Below the pieces are notes generated by a model. It was not told the DNA's origin. It worked only from the letters and a program-made list of their open reading frames with translations, and made no database searches. Below, piece by piece: positions 10,671 through 19,564 of a DNA stretch of 64,000 bases. The first letter of the stretch is position 1. Every line of letters starts with the position of its first letter. This stretch comes from Candidatus Omnitrophota bacterium (GTDB taxonomy: Bacteria > Omnitrophota > Gorgyraeia > Zapsychrales > Zapsychraceae). The DNA is taken from contig JAGVNC010000084.1 of NCBI GenBank assembly GCA_020053475.1, positions 4,201 through 68,200 on the forward strand. The letters are read 5' to 3'. The position numbers and the translations under genes are program-made.

Positions 10671-12493
10671 GGATGTTCCTCAAAAAATTTAAGCCGTTGG
10701 TGGGCGACGCGGTCTAATCTCTCGTCTGATCCGGCAGCCAACGAACGATCAAAGTACTCTTTGGCCAGCCCGTGCTTTTCTTGCATATCATAAATAACGG
10801 CCAAGTTGTGAAGGGCGCCTTTGTATTGCGGATTAAACTCAATGGCCCGTTGAAAGGCGGCGACGGCGTTGTCCCATTGTTCAATCATAAAATACATCAC
10901 CCCTAAGCTATAAAATAATTGGGCGTTTTGGGCGTCGGTTTGGGAACGGGTGTTGTAATAAGCGATGATCTTATTGCACAGGATTTTTAAATTGCCTTTA
11001 TAAAGTTCTTTTAAATTTCCCGGGTCTCTGACTTGAGCATATTGTTCAAAACTCTCCCACACTTTATCCTGGGCTGCCAATGCTGTTGCCAATCCGATCC
11101 TGTATTTGGCATTCCAGGGTTCTTCGTCGGCCAATTGCCTAAATTCCTTCTCCGCCTTTTCCGGAAGATTAGAGATCCCGTAAGCCGTGGCCAATGTTGA
11201 GCGCACCCTGTTATTGTTCGGATTGTGCTTCAATGATTCTTTGTACATCGCGAGTTGTTGGCGGTTATAAAAATTCTGCTGCAGCCCCATCAAAAAAATA
11301 AACAAATAAAAAGCCGCGCCTAAAATTTTGGCCGAAGATGATTGAAGGACTCCGCGCTGCTGCAGATGATGCATTGACCAGCGGAAAAACAACACAAACA
11401 CCGTAAACACGGCCAGAGAGGGAATATACATAAAATGGTCGGCGGCAGAGATGTAATCGCGGGACACGCGGATGGGAACAAATTGGGCAACCGGGAAAAA
11501 ATTAATCACAACCCAGCTCACAAGGAAAATATTTTTCCCGTCGCGCAGGGCTTCTTTGATCGGCCGGTAACATAAAGCCGCCGTGATGAACCCTGCCCAA
11601 ATCATCAATGTGATCCAAACACCCGGAGACATCAAATGCTCAAACACTCGAGCTGAACGATCATAGTAGAGCTCTAAAGGACAAAGCGCGTGCCACAGAT
11701 AAATCAGGAACTCTTGCAGGAATGTGAGAACGGCCAGGATATTTTCCGTCAACGGATACCACTGGAAAGCGCTGGTGAGGCCTAACTTCTGGCGGATCAC
11801 CGCATAGAGGACAAGGGCGGCATAATAAGGAACAATTTCTTTCGCCCCAAGACAGCGAATCAACGGCTTTTTCTCCACAAACAATAAATAACTGATCAAA
11901 ACAAACGGAAGCATCGCGCCCGATTCTTTGCTTAAGAGGCTAAGCACAAAGAACACAAGCGATCCTGCGTAGACTAACGTTTTCCGTTGATTCTCCTGAC
12001 GGGAAAGCAAAAACCAATAAAAACTCCAGAAGAAAAAGACGGCGCACAAAAGGATCGACCGGCCCGGGATATTCGCCACCGCTTCCGCGTGGATTGGATG
12101 AATGACAAAAAGGGCCGCGACACAAAGGGCCAACATTGTGTTGTTCCATAATTGGCGGATGACCCAATAGATGCCTAAGGCGGACAAGACATGCAACAGA
12201 AGATTGGTGAAATTGTAAACAAAGGGGTTAAGCCCGAAGAGATGATATTCGATCATGAAGCTAACAGCCACCAACGGCCGATAAAAGACGTTGGCGTCAA
12301 AGAAACATTTGGTAAAGATATTCTTAAGCCCGGAGAGGTGCCGAATGTCTTGGTTGTGAACGATGGAGACGTAATCATCCATTGTTTTAAAGGGCGTGAA
12401 TAGCGTCAAGCGATAAAGGGATAAGCCTAAAACGAATAAAAGAAGGAAAACGCACAAAGACGACTGATGGAATGGGACAGAATGTTTATTCAT
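10667..12493 (-). CDS. TMTC/PMT-like GT-C family membrane protein with C-terminal TPR repeats (tandem paralog)
   Basis: DD motif in the first loop (FKTMDDYVS), FYRPLVAVSF, HPIHAEAVANI, and a C-terminal TPR region. 608 aa. Confidence 0.55.
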   Translation of the reverse strand: MNKHSVPFHQSSLCVFLLLFVLGLSLYRLTLFTPFKTMDDYVSIVHNQDIRHLSGLKNIFTKCFFDANVFYRPLVAVSFMIEYHLFGLNPFVYNFTNLLLHVLSALGIYWVIRQLWNNTMLALCVAALFVIHPIHAEAVANIPGRSILLCAVFFFWSFYWFLLSRQENQRKTLVYAGSLVFFVLSLLSKESGAMLPFVLISYLLFVEKKPLIRCLGAKEIVPYYAALVLYAVIRQKLGLTSAFQWYPLTENILAVLTFLQEFLIYLWHALCPLELYYDRSARVFEHLMSPGVWITLMIWAGFITAALCYRPIKEALRDGKNIFLVSWVVINFFPVAQFVPIRVSRDYISAADHFMYIPSLAVFTVFVLFFRWSMHHLQQRGVLQSSSAKILGAAFYLFIFLMGLQQNFYNRQQLAMYKESLKHNPNNNRVRSTLATAYGISNLPEKAEKEFRQLADEEPWNAKYRIGLATALAAQDKVWESFEQYAQVRDPGNLKELYKGNLKILCNKIIAYYNTRSQTDAQNAQLFYSLGVMYFMIEQWDNAVAAFQRAIEFNPQYKGALHNLAVIYDMQEKHGLAKEYFDRSLAAGSDERLDRVAHQRLKFFEEHP

Positions 12494-12500
12494 GAGTAAA

Positions 12501-12573
12501 AGCTGGCGACCAGAGTTGAACTGGTGACCCGCGCATTACGAATGCGCTGCTCTACCAACTGAGCTACGCCAGC
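12501..12573 (-). tRNA. tRNA-Thr (CGT)
   Basis: Reverse complement GCTGGCGTAGCTCAGTTGGTAGAGCAGCGCATTCGTAATGCGCGGGTCACCAGTTCAACTCTGGTCGCCAGCT folds as a cloverleaf with anticodon loop TTCGTAA. No encoded CCA. Confidence 0.8.
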
Positions 12574-12751
12574 AAATTTCTTTAATGATCTAAGAAAGAT
12601 TTGCTGAAGTCCCTTTAGGGACGCCAGCAAAGATCATTCCCAAAAACTGAATTATTGTCCTACCTCCGCCAAACATCTTGGCGGACTCGCCACGCGTTGT
12701 GCCTGCCTGCCGGCAGGCAGGGCGGAAGCATGGCCTTTATTTTATTTCGAT

Positions 12752-13567
12752 TCAATTCTGTTGTACAGAAAAAACTGGAGAAGATATTTTTGCACGTAAG
12801 GTATCAAAAAGAATATTGGCGATGATTTGATGCCCCAGAATGGTGGGGTGAAAATAATCCATCAAGATATCCTCAGGCGGATATTTCTGTAAACCTGACA
12901 AATCAATTGCTCCTGGACGGACGTAATCGTCAGGCCCAAGATTCTTAATGATGGTTTGGTCCTTCCCTGCCAAAAATCGGACATCTTTGACATTCATCAA
13001 CAAATCCTGGGGGCGTTCATAATATCGGGAAAAGTCCGTGTAAAGAGGATTGATCGCCATAAATTCTCCCCCCTGTTCTTTAGTTATCCTTTCTATCTCT
13101 TGGATGTTGAATGCAAACTCATCCGGCAACACTCTCAATGTTTTCCCTTCGGCAGCGGACAACGCCTTAACCAAACGGACCATTTGAACAACCTGTGTCT
13201 TTTCTAAAAAAGAAACGGGCTGTTGAACGAAACGTTTCTTCTTATCCGTATCTCGCCAATAGTTTCCTTCATTCCAGCAGTCATTGGCCCCTAAATAAGT
13301 GATCACAAATGACGGATGGAGATTGTTGACGATTTGCTTAAAATAAAGCAATGCCTGATAACTGCTATAAGCCGGAACGCCTGCATTAACGACCCAGTAT
13401 CGGGCAGGATAAACTTCGTCCAACTTCGTTTGAAGCAAATGAGCAAACGTCTGTTCATCCGTGACACCCCATCCGTAAACCGTTGAATCTCCTAAAAGAA
13501 GAATAATTTCTCTTTGCTTGATATCGGGAGGGAATGTCGGACCTCTAAAACCCTGCATTGATACCAC
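12752..13567 (-). CDS. SGNH/GDSL-family hydrolase
   Basis: GDS block LLLGDSTVYGWG near the N-terminus and GANDCW further on; 271 aa. Confidence 0.65.
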   Translation of the reverse strand: MVSMQGFRGPTFPPDIKQREIILLLGDSTVYGWGVTDEQTFAHLLQTKLDEVYPARYWVVNAGVPAYSSYQALLYFKQIVNNLHPSFVITYLGANDCWNEGNYWRDTDKKKRFVQQPVSFLEKTQVVQMVRLVKALSAAEGKTLRVLPDEFAFNIQEIERITKEQGGEFMAINPLYTDFSRYYERPQDLLMNVKDVRFLAGKDQTIIKNLGPDDYVRPGAIDLSGLQKYPPEDILMDYFHPTILGHQIIANILFDTLRAKISSPVFSVQQN

Positions 13568-13766
13568 GATGGTTTCTTTTTAGACGCCAAAACAAATAAT
13601 GATCAGGTTCAGCTATGTCGGACAAATAGTCATGAACAAATCTTTCTGTCCAGAATACCTTCGGCTTTAAAAAAACGGTATTGAAGAAATAACATGTACT
13701 CTCAATGAAGACTAACAGCAGGCAAATGATCAAGACGGTAAAAATTTTTAAGAAAGAATCGTTCAT
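13545..13766 (-). CDS. small TM segment ORF upstream of and overlapping the SGNH hydrolase, possibly its frameshifted N-terminal anchor
   Basis: 73 aa with one hydrophobic helix. Ends 22 nt inside the SGNH ORF in another frame. Confidence 0.25.
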   Translation of the reverse strand: MNDSFLKIFTVLIICLLLVFIESTCYFFNTVFLKPKVFWTERFVHDYLSDIAEPDHYLFWRLKRNHRGINAGF

Positions 13767-13782
13767 GGGTCAAATGAAAGAG

Positions 13783-13855
13783 TGCCGAGGGCCAGAATTG
13801 AACTGGCGACACAAGGCTTTTCAGGCCTCTGCTCTACCGACTGAGCTACCTCGGC
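13783..13855 (-). tRNA. tRNA-Phe (GAA)
   Basis: Reverse complement GCCGAGGTAGCTCAGTCGGTAGAGCAGAGGCCTGAAAAGCCTTGTGTCGCCAGTTCAATTCTGGCCCTCGGCA, anticodon loop CTGAAAA, no encoded CCA. Confidence 0.85.
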
Positions 13856-13896
13856 ACAGATCAACAAAAATGAAACGCTATTTTAACCAAGAGTCG

Positions 13897-14012
13897 ACGT
13901 GTTGTCAACTCCTTCGCGGTGCTCAGGACTAGGCCATTCGACTTCGCTCAGTCCTTCGGCATTACGCAGGACTGAGCCCTGAGCAAAGTCGAATGGGCTC
14001 AGGGTTGACACT
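13897..14012. repeat. Family-E nested stem-loop element (ccattcgacttcgct / agcaaagtcgaatgg outer stem, ctcagtcc / ggactgag inner stem, gtgtcaac flanks)
   Basis: Read directly: about 115 nt with two nested inverted repeats and GTGTCAAC / GTTGACAC motifs at both ends and again at 14081. A condensed half-copy occurs at 25970-26003. Confidence 0.45.
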
Positions 14013-14106
14013 GTCCCTCGCTTTTTGCTCGGGATCCTGAGCGAACAGTGAAGGAAGCGGTCTAAACTTGTCGCCGAAGTGTCAACACCCCCCTGGACCG
14101 ACGAAA

Positions 14107-14559
14107 TCACTCCATCAAATTACTCATGATTTTAACGAAAATATCTTGGGCCAGAGAGATTTTGGGAAGAAAGGCCTTACGGGCCTTGACGGTGAGCTTA
14201 GTCGCGGAGTCATTGATCGGGACGATTTTGATGGTCACTTTAGCGCCGTTGACCTTAGCCAGGATAATCCCTCCCCCACTCGCCCCGCCTTCGGTGGGGC
14301 TCGCCTCTTCTTGAATCGTTCCCATCATCGAAATCACTTCATGGGCCATCTCCCACACAGCCTGTTCATCGCTGGAAGTGACCCCCTCAACAGTATCCGG
14401 GCTAACCACATATCCACCGACGGCCCCGAGGCCTCCGACCACCAAATAAACACACCCGGATAAAGGGAGCAACGCGATTAACATAAAGGAAAGGACGGAT
14501 GTTCTCATGATTGGCTTAATTTTATCATAGTCATTAATGATGTTAATCATTTTTTTCAT
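14107..14559 (-). CDS. small lipoprotein, unknown function
   Basis: Signal peptide with lipobox LPLSGC, a Gly-rich segment, 150 aa. 4-nt overlap with the hppA stop. Confidence 0.45.
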   Translation of the reverse strand: MKKMINIINDYDKIKPIMRTSVLSFMLIALLPLSGCVYLVVGGLGAVGGYVVSPDTVEGVTSSDEQAVWEMAHEVISMMGTIQEEASPTEGGASGGGIILAKVNGAKVTIKIVPINDSATKLTVKARKAFLPKISLAQDIFVKIMSNLME

Positions 14560-16661
14560 TTTCCTACCAACGTATATTGCAAGACAAAGGCAGCAAAAAC
14601 AATGGAAACCATGGACATGAGCTTAATCAGGATATTGATGCTGGGGCCGGCGGTATCTTTAAACGGGTCACCAACGGTGTCCCCGACCACGCTGGCTTTG
14701 TGAGCGACAGAGCCTTTGCCTCCGTAGGCTCCGGCTTCAATGTATTTTTTAGCATTGTCCCAAGCTCCCCCGGCATTGGCCATCATGACGGCTAAGGCAA
14801 ATCCCGAAGCGGTGGCGCCCACCAAAAAACCACCAACGCTATTCACCCCTAAACATAATCCGACGGCCACGGGTGTCACAATAGCGGACACGGCGGGCAA
14901 ACGCATTTCTCTTAACGCCGACGTGGTGACGATATCGACGCACCGCGCATAATCCGGCTTGGCCTTCCCTTCCATTAATCCTTGAATGTCTTTAAATTGC
15001 CTTCTTACCTCAATGACAACCTGGCTGGCCGTCCGGCCCACGGCGCTCATCGTCAACGCCGAAAATAAATACGGCATCATGGTCCCGATAAAAATCCCGA
15101 TTAAAACAAAGGGGTCCGTCAAATCTAAATCCAACAATCCCCCTTTGAGCATAATACGTTCTTTATACGCGGCAATCAACGCCAAGGCGGTAAGGGCCGC
15201 CGACCCGATCGCAAACCCCTTCCCTGTCGCGGCGGTTGTATTCCCCAACGAATCCAGCGCGTCCGTGCGTTCGCGCACATTAGGGTCCAGCCCCGACATC
15301 TGGGCGTTCCCGCCGGCATTATCAGCCACCGGCCCGTAAGCATCCGTTGCCAGCGTGATCCCCAGCGTGCTTAACATCCCGACGGCGGCGATCCCGATCC
15401 CATACAACCCGAGATTAAAATTCTGAAACCCTCCCGCAAACCCGAAGCTGGCGGCAATCGCCACACAAACAACAAAGATAGGAAAGAACGTCGATAACAT
15501 CCCGACAGCAATGCCTTCGATAATGATCGTCGCCGGCCCTGTCGGAGCGGCACCGGCAATTCTTTTGGTCGGGGGATACAAGGAAGACGTAAAGAATTCT
15601 GTTCCCAACCCAATCAATATCCCGGCGATTAAGCCGGCAATGATCGCCCACGCAATGCCGATATAAGAAGGCCCAAGGACAAAGCGAACCACACAATAAG
15701 AAGCGATAATAATAATCAACGATGAAACAAACACGCCTTTACGCAGGGCGAATAACAACGCCGCTTGCGACGCATCTTCTCGGGTACGCACAAAAAACAT
15801 GCCGATCATCGACGCCAAAATGCCGACCGCGGCGATCATCATCGGAACGGTTGTGCCTAAAACACCCAAGCCCGCCGCCACTCCCAACGCCCCGGCCGCG
15901 ACAATCGCGCCCACATAAGATTCATAAAGATCCGCCCCCATGCCCGCCACATCGCCGACGTTATCTCCCACATTATCCGCGATGACCGCCGGGTTACGGG
16001 CATCGTCTTCCGGGATCCCTGCTTCGACTTTCCCAACTAAATCGGCACCCACATCAGCGGCCTTGGTAAAAATCCCTCCGCCGACACGCGCAAAAAGAGC
16101 TTGAAAACTGGCGCCCATCCCGAATGTGAGCATTGTGCTCGTAATCGCGGTAATTTTATCCGTATCGGCAGGAAGAGGAAAATGATCGTAATACCAATCA
16201 AGGCTGTAATACCACATACTCAAATCTAAAAGACCTAATCCCACCACCAAAAATCCCATGACGGACCCGGAAGAAAAAGCCAAACGCAACCCCGCGTTAA
16301 GGCTTGTCCGGCAAGCGTTGGCTGTCCGCGCCGAAGATTGGGTGGCGATTTGCATCCCGCAATACCCCGTCAGCCCTGAGAAAAGCCCGCCTGTCAAAAA
16401 CGCAAACGGAACAAAGATGACAAGGTACCCTTGAGAGGCCAACCATAACAGCAACACAAAAATAAAAATAAAAAATCCTGCCACTCCTTTGTATTGGCGT
16501 TTCAAATAAGCTTGAGATCCTTCACGAACGGCTGCGGCCACCTCGCGCATTCTAGGCGTCCCTTCATCATGCTTGAGAATATAAAAAACCAACCATAAGC
16601 AAAATCCCAAAGCTACAATAGAGCTCAGCGGCACTAGAAAGAAAATATCAACCATAACCAT
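14556..16661 (-). CDS. hppA: membrane-bound proton/sodium-translocating pyrophosphatase
   Basis: [29 protein letters not shown], and the general polytopic layout of H+-PPases; 701 aa. Confidence 0.9.
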   Translation of the reverse strand: MVMVDIFFLVPLSSIVALGFCLWLVFYILKHDEGTPRMREVAAAVREGSQAYLKRQYKGVAGFFIFIFVLLLWLASQGYLVIFVPFAFLTGGLFSGLTGYCGMQIATQSSARTANACRTSLNAGLRLAFSSGSVMGFLVVGLGLLDLSMWYYSLDWYYDHFPLPADTDKITAITSTMLTFGMGASFQALFARVGGGIFTKAADVGADLVGKVEAGIPEDDARNPAVIADNVGDNVGDVAGMGADLYESYVGAIVAAGALGVAAGLGVLGTTVPMMIAAVGILASMIGMFFVRTREDASQAALLFALRKGVFVSSLIIIIASYCVVRFVLGPSYIGIAWAIIAGLIAGILIGLGTEFFTSSLYPPTKRIAGAAPTGPATIIIEGIAVGMLSTFFPIFVVCVAIAASFGFAGGFQNFNLGLYGIGIAAVGMLSTLGITLATDAYGPVADNAGGNAQMSGLDPNVRERTDALDSLGNTTAATGKGFAIGSAALTALALIAAYKERIMLKGGLLDLDLTDPFVLIGIFIGTMMPYLFSALTMSAVGRTASQVVIEVRRQFKDIQGLMEGKAKPDYARCVDIVTTSALREMRLPAVSAIVTPVAVGLCLGVNSVGGFLVGATASGFALAVMMANAGGAWDNAKKYIEAGAYGGKGSVAHKASVVGDTVGDPFKDTAGPSINILIKLMSMVSIVFAAFVLQYTLVGK

Positions 16662-16871
16662 CCCCTCTTACGAACGATCCCATGTTAAATGACAAATTGG
16701 ATAACGATGATTATCCTCGGCCTGGTTTACGCCCTTTATTCGCTTTTTTTGAACGCCAGCTTAACTTTGCCCTTCTTTTTCTTTTCCCCATGAGTGTTTC
16801 CTTTCTTGAATGTGTTATGAAAACATACTATTTATACAGAAAATCCTCTTTGTTAGCAATAAAACAATTTC

Positions 16872-17528
16872 TTATTCTCCGAAGTCCTCGATGATCGGGA
16901 GAATATCCCTTATTTGAACAACGACGTTAAATGGCTTGAGCGCGGCCAATTCTTCCCGCGTACTCGAACCTGTTGCCACCGCGACGGTCCTGATGTTCGC
17001 CCGTTGCCCGGTTTCGACGTCAATGATCATATCTCCAACGTACAAGGCCTGCTGAGGCATTAACGATAATTGTCTTAAGATATGGTTCAACATATCCGGT
17101 TGTGGTTTAGGACGAGCCACTTGATCGGCACAAACCACTTGTGCGAAATAAGAACGAATCGCTAAATTGTCTAAAATGATTTCTGTAAATATCGATGGAC
17201 GGTTACTGGCAATGGCCATTAAAAAATTTTTGCGCTTAAGATCCCGCAGTAACTCCGGGACTCCCGGCAAAAATTTCGTCCCGGATTTTAAGGCCTGCCC
17301 GTGATGTCCCCGATAAATCGCCAGTGTCTGTTCGACTAAATTCGGCGGAGCAAATTGTTCGATCAGGTGACTGTCTCCCCAGCCCACATTTCGTTGCACC
17401 GTCATGTCATCAATCAGCGGAAGCCCCATTGTATTAAACGCATAATTGAGGCTCTTGGAGACAGCCCTGTACGCGTCTACCAGTGTTCCATCCAAATCGA
17501 AAATAATGAGTTTTAGGGGCTCAGTCAC
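16872..17528 (-). CDS. HAD-superfamily hydrolase (phosphoglycolate phosphatase-like)
   Basis: IIFDLDGTLVDA motif I, SN motif II, and a C-terminal GD..D block. Confidence 0.7.
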   Translation of the reverse strand: MTEPLKLIIFDLDGTLVDAYRAVSKSLNYAFNTMGLPLIDDMTVQRNVGWGDSHLIEQFAPPNLVEQTLAIYRGHHGQALKSGTKFLPGVPELLRDLKRKNFLMAIASNRPSIFTEIILDNLAIRSYFAQVVCADQVARPKPQPDMLNHILRQLSLMPQQALYVGDMIIDVETGQRANIRTVAVATGSSTREELAALKPFNVVVQIRDILPIIEDFGE

Positions 17529-17707
17529 TTTTTTAAGGAATAGAGGACAAATAATCCGGATAATGCCAAGCCTAAGCCAATAACACCTTTAAAAAACGTG
17601 ATGACATCCGGCCACCAAAGTAAAATCAATGTGATGCCTAAAATCAGCGTAAAACTGCCAACAACGTAAAGTAAAAAAGTGCGATAATCAGAAGAGGGAT
17701 TACTCAT
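17525..17707 (-). CDS. small two-TM membrane protein (ORF track reports a longer 17525-17821 frame; likely start is the ATG at 17707)
   Basis: MSNPSSDYRTFLLYVVGSFTLILGITLILLWWPDVITFFKGVIGLGLALSGLFVLYSLKK. Overlaps the acyltransferase stop by 8 nt. Confidence 0.3.
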   Translation of the reverse strand: MSNPSSDYRTFLLYVVGSFTLILGITLILLWWPDVITFFKGVIGLGLALSGLFVLYSLKK

Positions 17708-18662
17708 TGATGGCTCCTTCTGTTGATGGTGGTGCCACAACCGACGATTCCGTCGGACGGCTTTTCCAGCGTCGGTGCATCCATCCCCATTCTTGGGGAT
17801 AGCGGCGAATATATAATTCAATGAGTTGGGTCATTTTCGCTGTATTGATCAGGATTGTCTCCTGCTCATCGCGGCCTTCCTCCAGTATCAAGGGGGGCTC
17901 GACGATAATCTTATGGGTATCATCCGGTTGGCGGATCATAAACATCGGGACTAAAGGCGCCCCCGTTCGTTTGGCAAAAATGACGGGGCCCGTCGCGGTG
18001 GCCGCTTTTTGTCCGAAAAAATCAACAAACACGCCCCCCCGGCTTCCAAAATTTTGATCCAAAAGGACCAAAAGCAGTTCGTTATTACGCAACACTTTTA
18101 GAGACGTATCGACACATTCTTTGCGCGGCTGGCTATAAATTGTATTCAAGCCTAATTTTGTCCTCTGGGCGACAAAATATTTCTCGATATTTTCATCTCT
18201 GGCCGGGCGCATGATGGCGTTTGTTTGATAGCCTTCTTGAACGCAGCGTAACAGCATCAAGGGGAAATTGCCAAAGTGGCCGCTCACCGCGATGACGCCT
18301 TTCCCCTGCCGAAAAGCCTCATCTAAATAATGTTTTCCTTCAAAGGAGACTCGCTCTTTGATCATCGGTGTATGTTCCAAAAAATAAATCAATTCCACTA
18401 AGCCTTTGCCCACGTTCTGAAAACAGTTCCTGGCGACTTGGCGGATTTCTTCGTCCGATTTCTCCTTCCCAAAAGCAATGTGTAAACTTTCAAAGGCGAT
18501 TTTTCTTTGTCGAATGAGGAGGGGATAGGCCAAGGCCATCATTCCCTGGGAAATGGCTTGGACAACACGGTAGGGCAACATTGTAAAAATCCCCGTAAAG
18601 AAAAAAAGAGCGTTACGGGCTAACGCCCTTTTCATTTTTTTTATCTCATCGTTGATGTTCAT
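17700..18662 (-). CDS. lysophospholipid acyltransferase family protein (LpxL/HtrB-like lipid A late acyltransferase)
   Basis: N-terminal TM anchor, HFGNFP block, and overall LPLAT-like layout; 320 aa. Confidence 0.6.
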   Translation of the reverse strand: MNINDEIKKMKRALARNALFFFTGIFTMLPYRVVQAISQGMMALAYPLLIRQRKIAFESLHIAFGKEKSDEEIRQVARNCFQNVGKGLVELIYFLEHTPMIKERVSFEGKHYLDEAFRQGKGVIAVSGHFGNFPLMLLRCVQEGYQTNAIMRPARDENIEKYFVAQRTKLGLNTIYSQPRKECVDTSLKVLRNNELLLVLLDQNFGSRGGVFVDFFGQKAATATGPVIFAKRTGAPLVPMFMIRQPDDTHKIIVEPPLILEEGRDEQETILINTAKMTQLIELYIRRYPQEWGWMHRRWKSRPTESSVVAPPSTEGAINE

Positions 18663-18709
18663 GGCAAAACCAGAAACCTCGAAAGCAGATGCGGTGGGAA
18701 GAATTATAT

Positions 18710-19492
18710 TTATTTGTTGAAAACATCTCGTACCGTCGAAAGAAGCATCTTGGGATCAACGGGTTTTGTTAAATGGGCGATCGCCCCCATCGCGATTTCA
18801 GCATTAATATCGTCTGGCGAATCTTTGGCCGTCAAAAAAATGATGGGAATATGTTTTGTTTGGCTATTCTGCTTTAAATTTTTGCACACATCTCTCCCCT
18901 TAATCCCCGGTAAAATAACGTCCAGAATAATCAGATCCGGCAATTGCGATGTCGCCACCTGAATCCCATCTTCCCCGGATTCAGCTGTTAACACAGAATA
19001 ACCGCTTGAAATAAGAATAGGCCGCACAGTCTTTAAAAGCATTGCATCATCGTCAACAATTAAAATAGATTGCCGTTTCTGTTGTTCCATGCGCCCTCCC
19101 TGCCCCGCCTTGGCGGGGATTGTAAAAAAGATAACGCCTAATGTTATTCCTGTCGACAGCAACGCAGGGATCAAATCGACAAAGCTTGGTGTATTCTCTG
19201 AAGCAATCACATTCCCTACCCAAGCGATGGTCAAAATCCATGTTAATACGCTAGAGGCATACTGCAACACCGTCCCCAGCTTCTTTCCTAAAATAGAAAA
19301 GATGGCTGCTAAAAAATGAGCCCCGGCAATCACGGCCAGATAAAGGATCAACGTCGATGGATAACTCACGCTGGAGATTTGTTGTTCGGCATACGCACTA
19401 ATGATCACAGGCAGGGTAAAAAGCAAAACGCGGGCAGAAACAATCATTTGCACCCACAATAAAATCATTCGGCTGATCAATTTCTTCTCCAT
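18710..19492 (-). CDS. membrane-anchored receiver-domain protein (4 TM helices fused to a CheY-like REC domain; no output domain)
   Basis: C-terminal MEQQKRQSILIVDDD...LILDVILPG...FLTAKD is a canonical REC domain. The N-terminal 125 aa are four hydrophobic helices. A hairpin-plus-SD module sits exactly before the internal Met. Confidence 0.6.
   Translation of the reverse strand: MEKKLISRMILLWVQMIVSARVLLFTLPVIISAYAEQQISSVSYPSTLILYLAVIAGAHFLAAIFSILGKKLGTVLQYASSVLTWILTIAWVGNVIASENTPSFVDLIPALLSTGITLGVIFFTIPAKAGQGGRMEQQKRQSILIVDDDAMLLKTVRPILISSGYSVLTAESGEDGIQVATSQLPDLIILDVILPGIKGRDVCKNLKQNSQTKHIPIIFLTAKDSPDDINAEIAMGAIAHLTKPVDPKMLLSTVRDVFNK
19094..19118 (-). promoter_or_regulatory. Family-C hairpin-plus-SD module (CCCCGCCAAGGCGGGG-CA-GGGAGG) 4 nt upstream of the internal ATG at 19090
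   Basis: Seen directly. Same composite at 19500-19523 and 44552-44576, each time followed by ATG after 4-8 nt. Confidence 0.4.
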
Positions 19493-19499
19493 GCGGCAG

Positions 19500-19523
19500 C
19501 TCCCTGCCCCGCCCTGGCGGGGC
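19500..19523 (-). promoter_or_regulatory. Family-C hairpin-plus-SD module upstream of the receiver-protein start codon (19492)
   Basis: Minus strand reads GCCCCGCCAGGGCGGGGCAGGGAGCTGCCGC-ATG. Confidence 0.4.
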
Positions 19524-19564
19524 TTTTACTGAGTTGAGACTACATTATAGTAAAATTTAATCAG

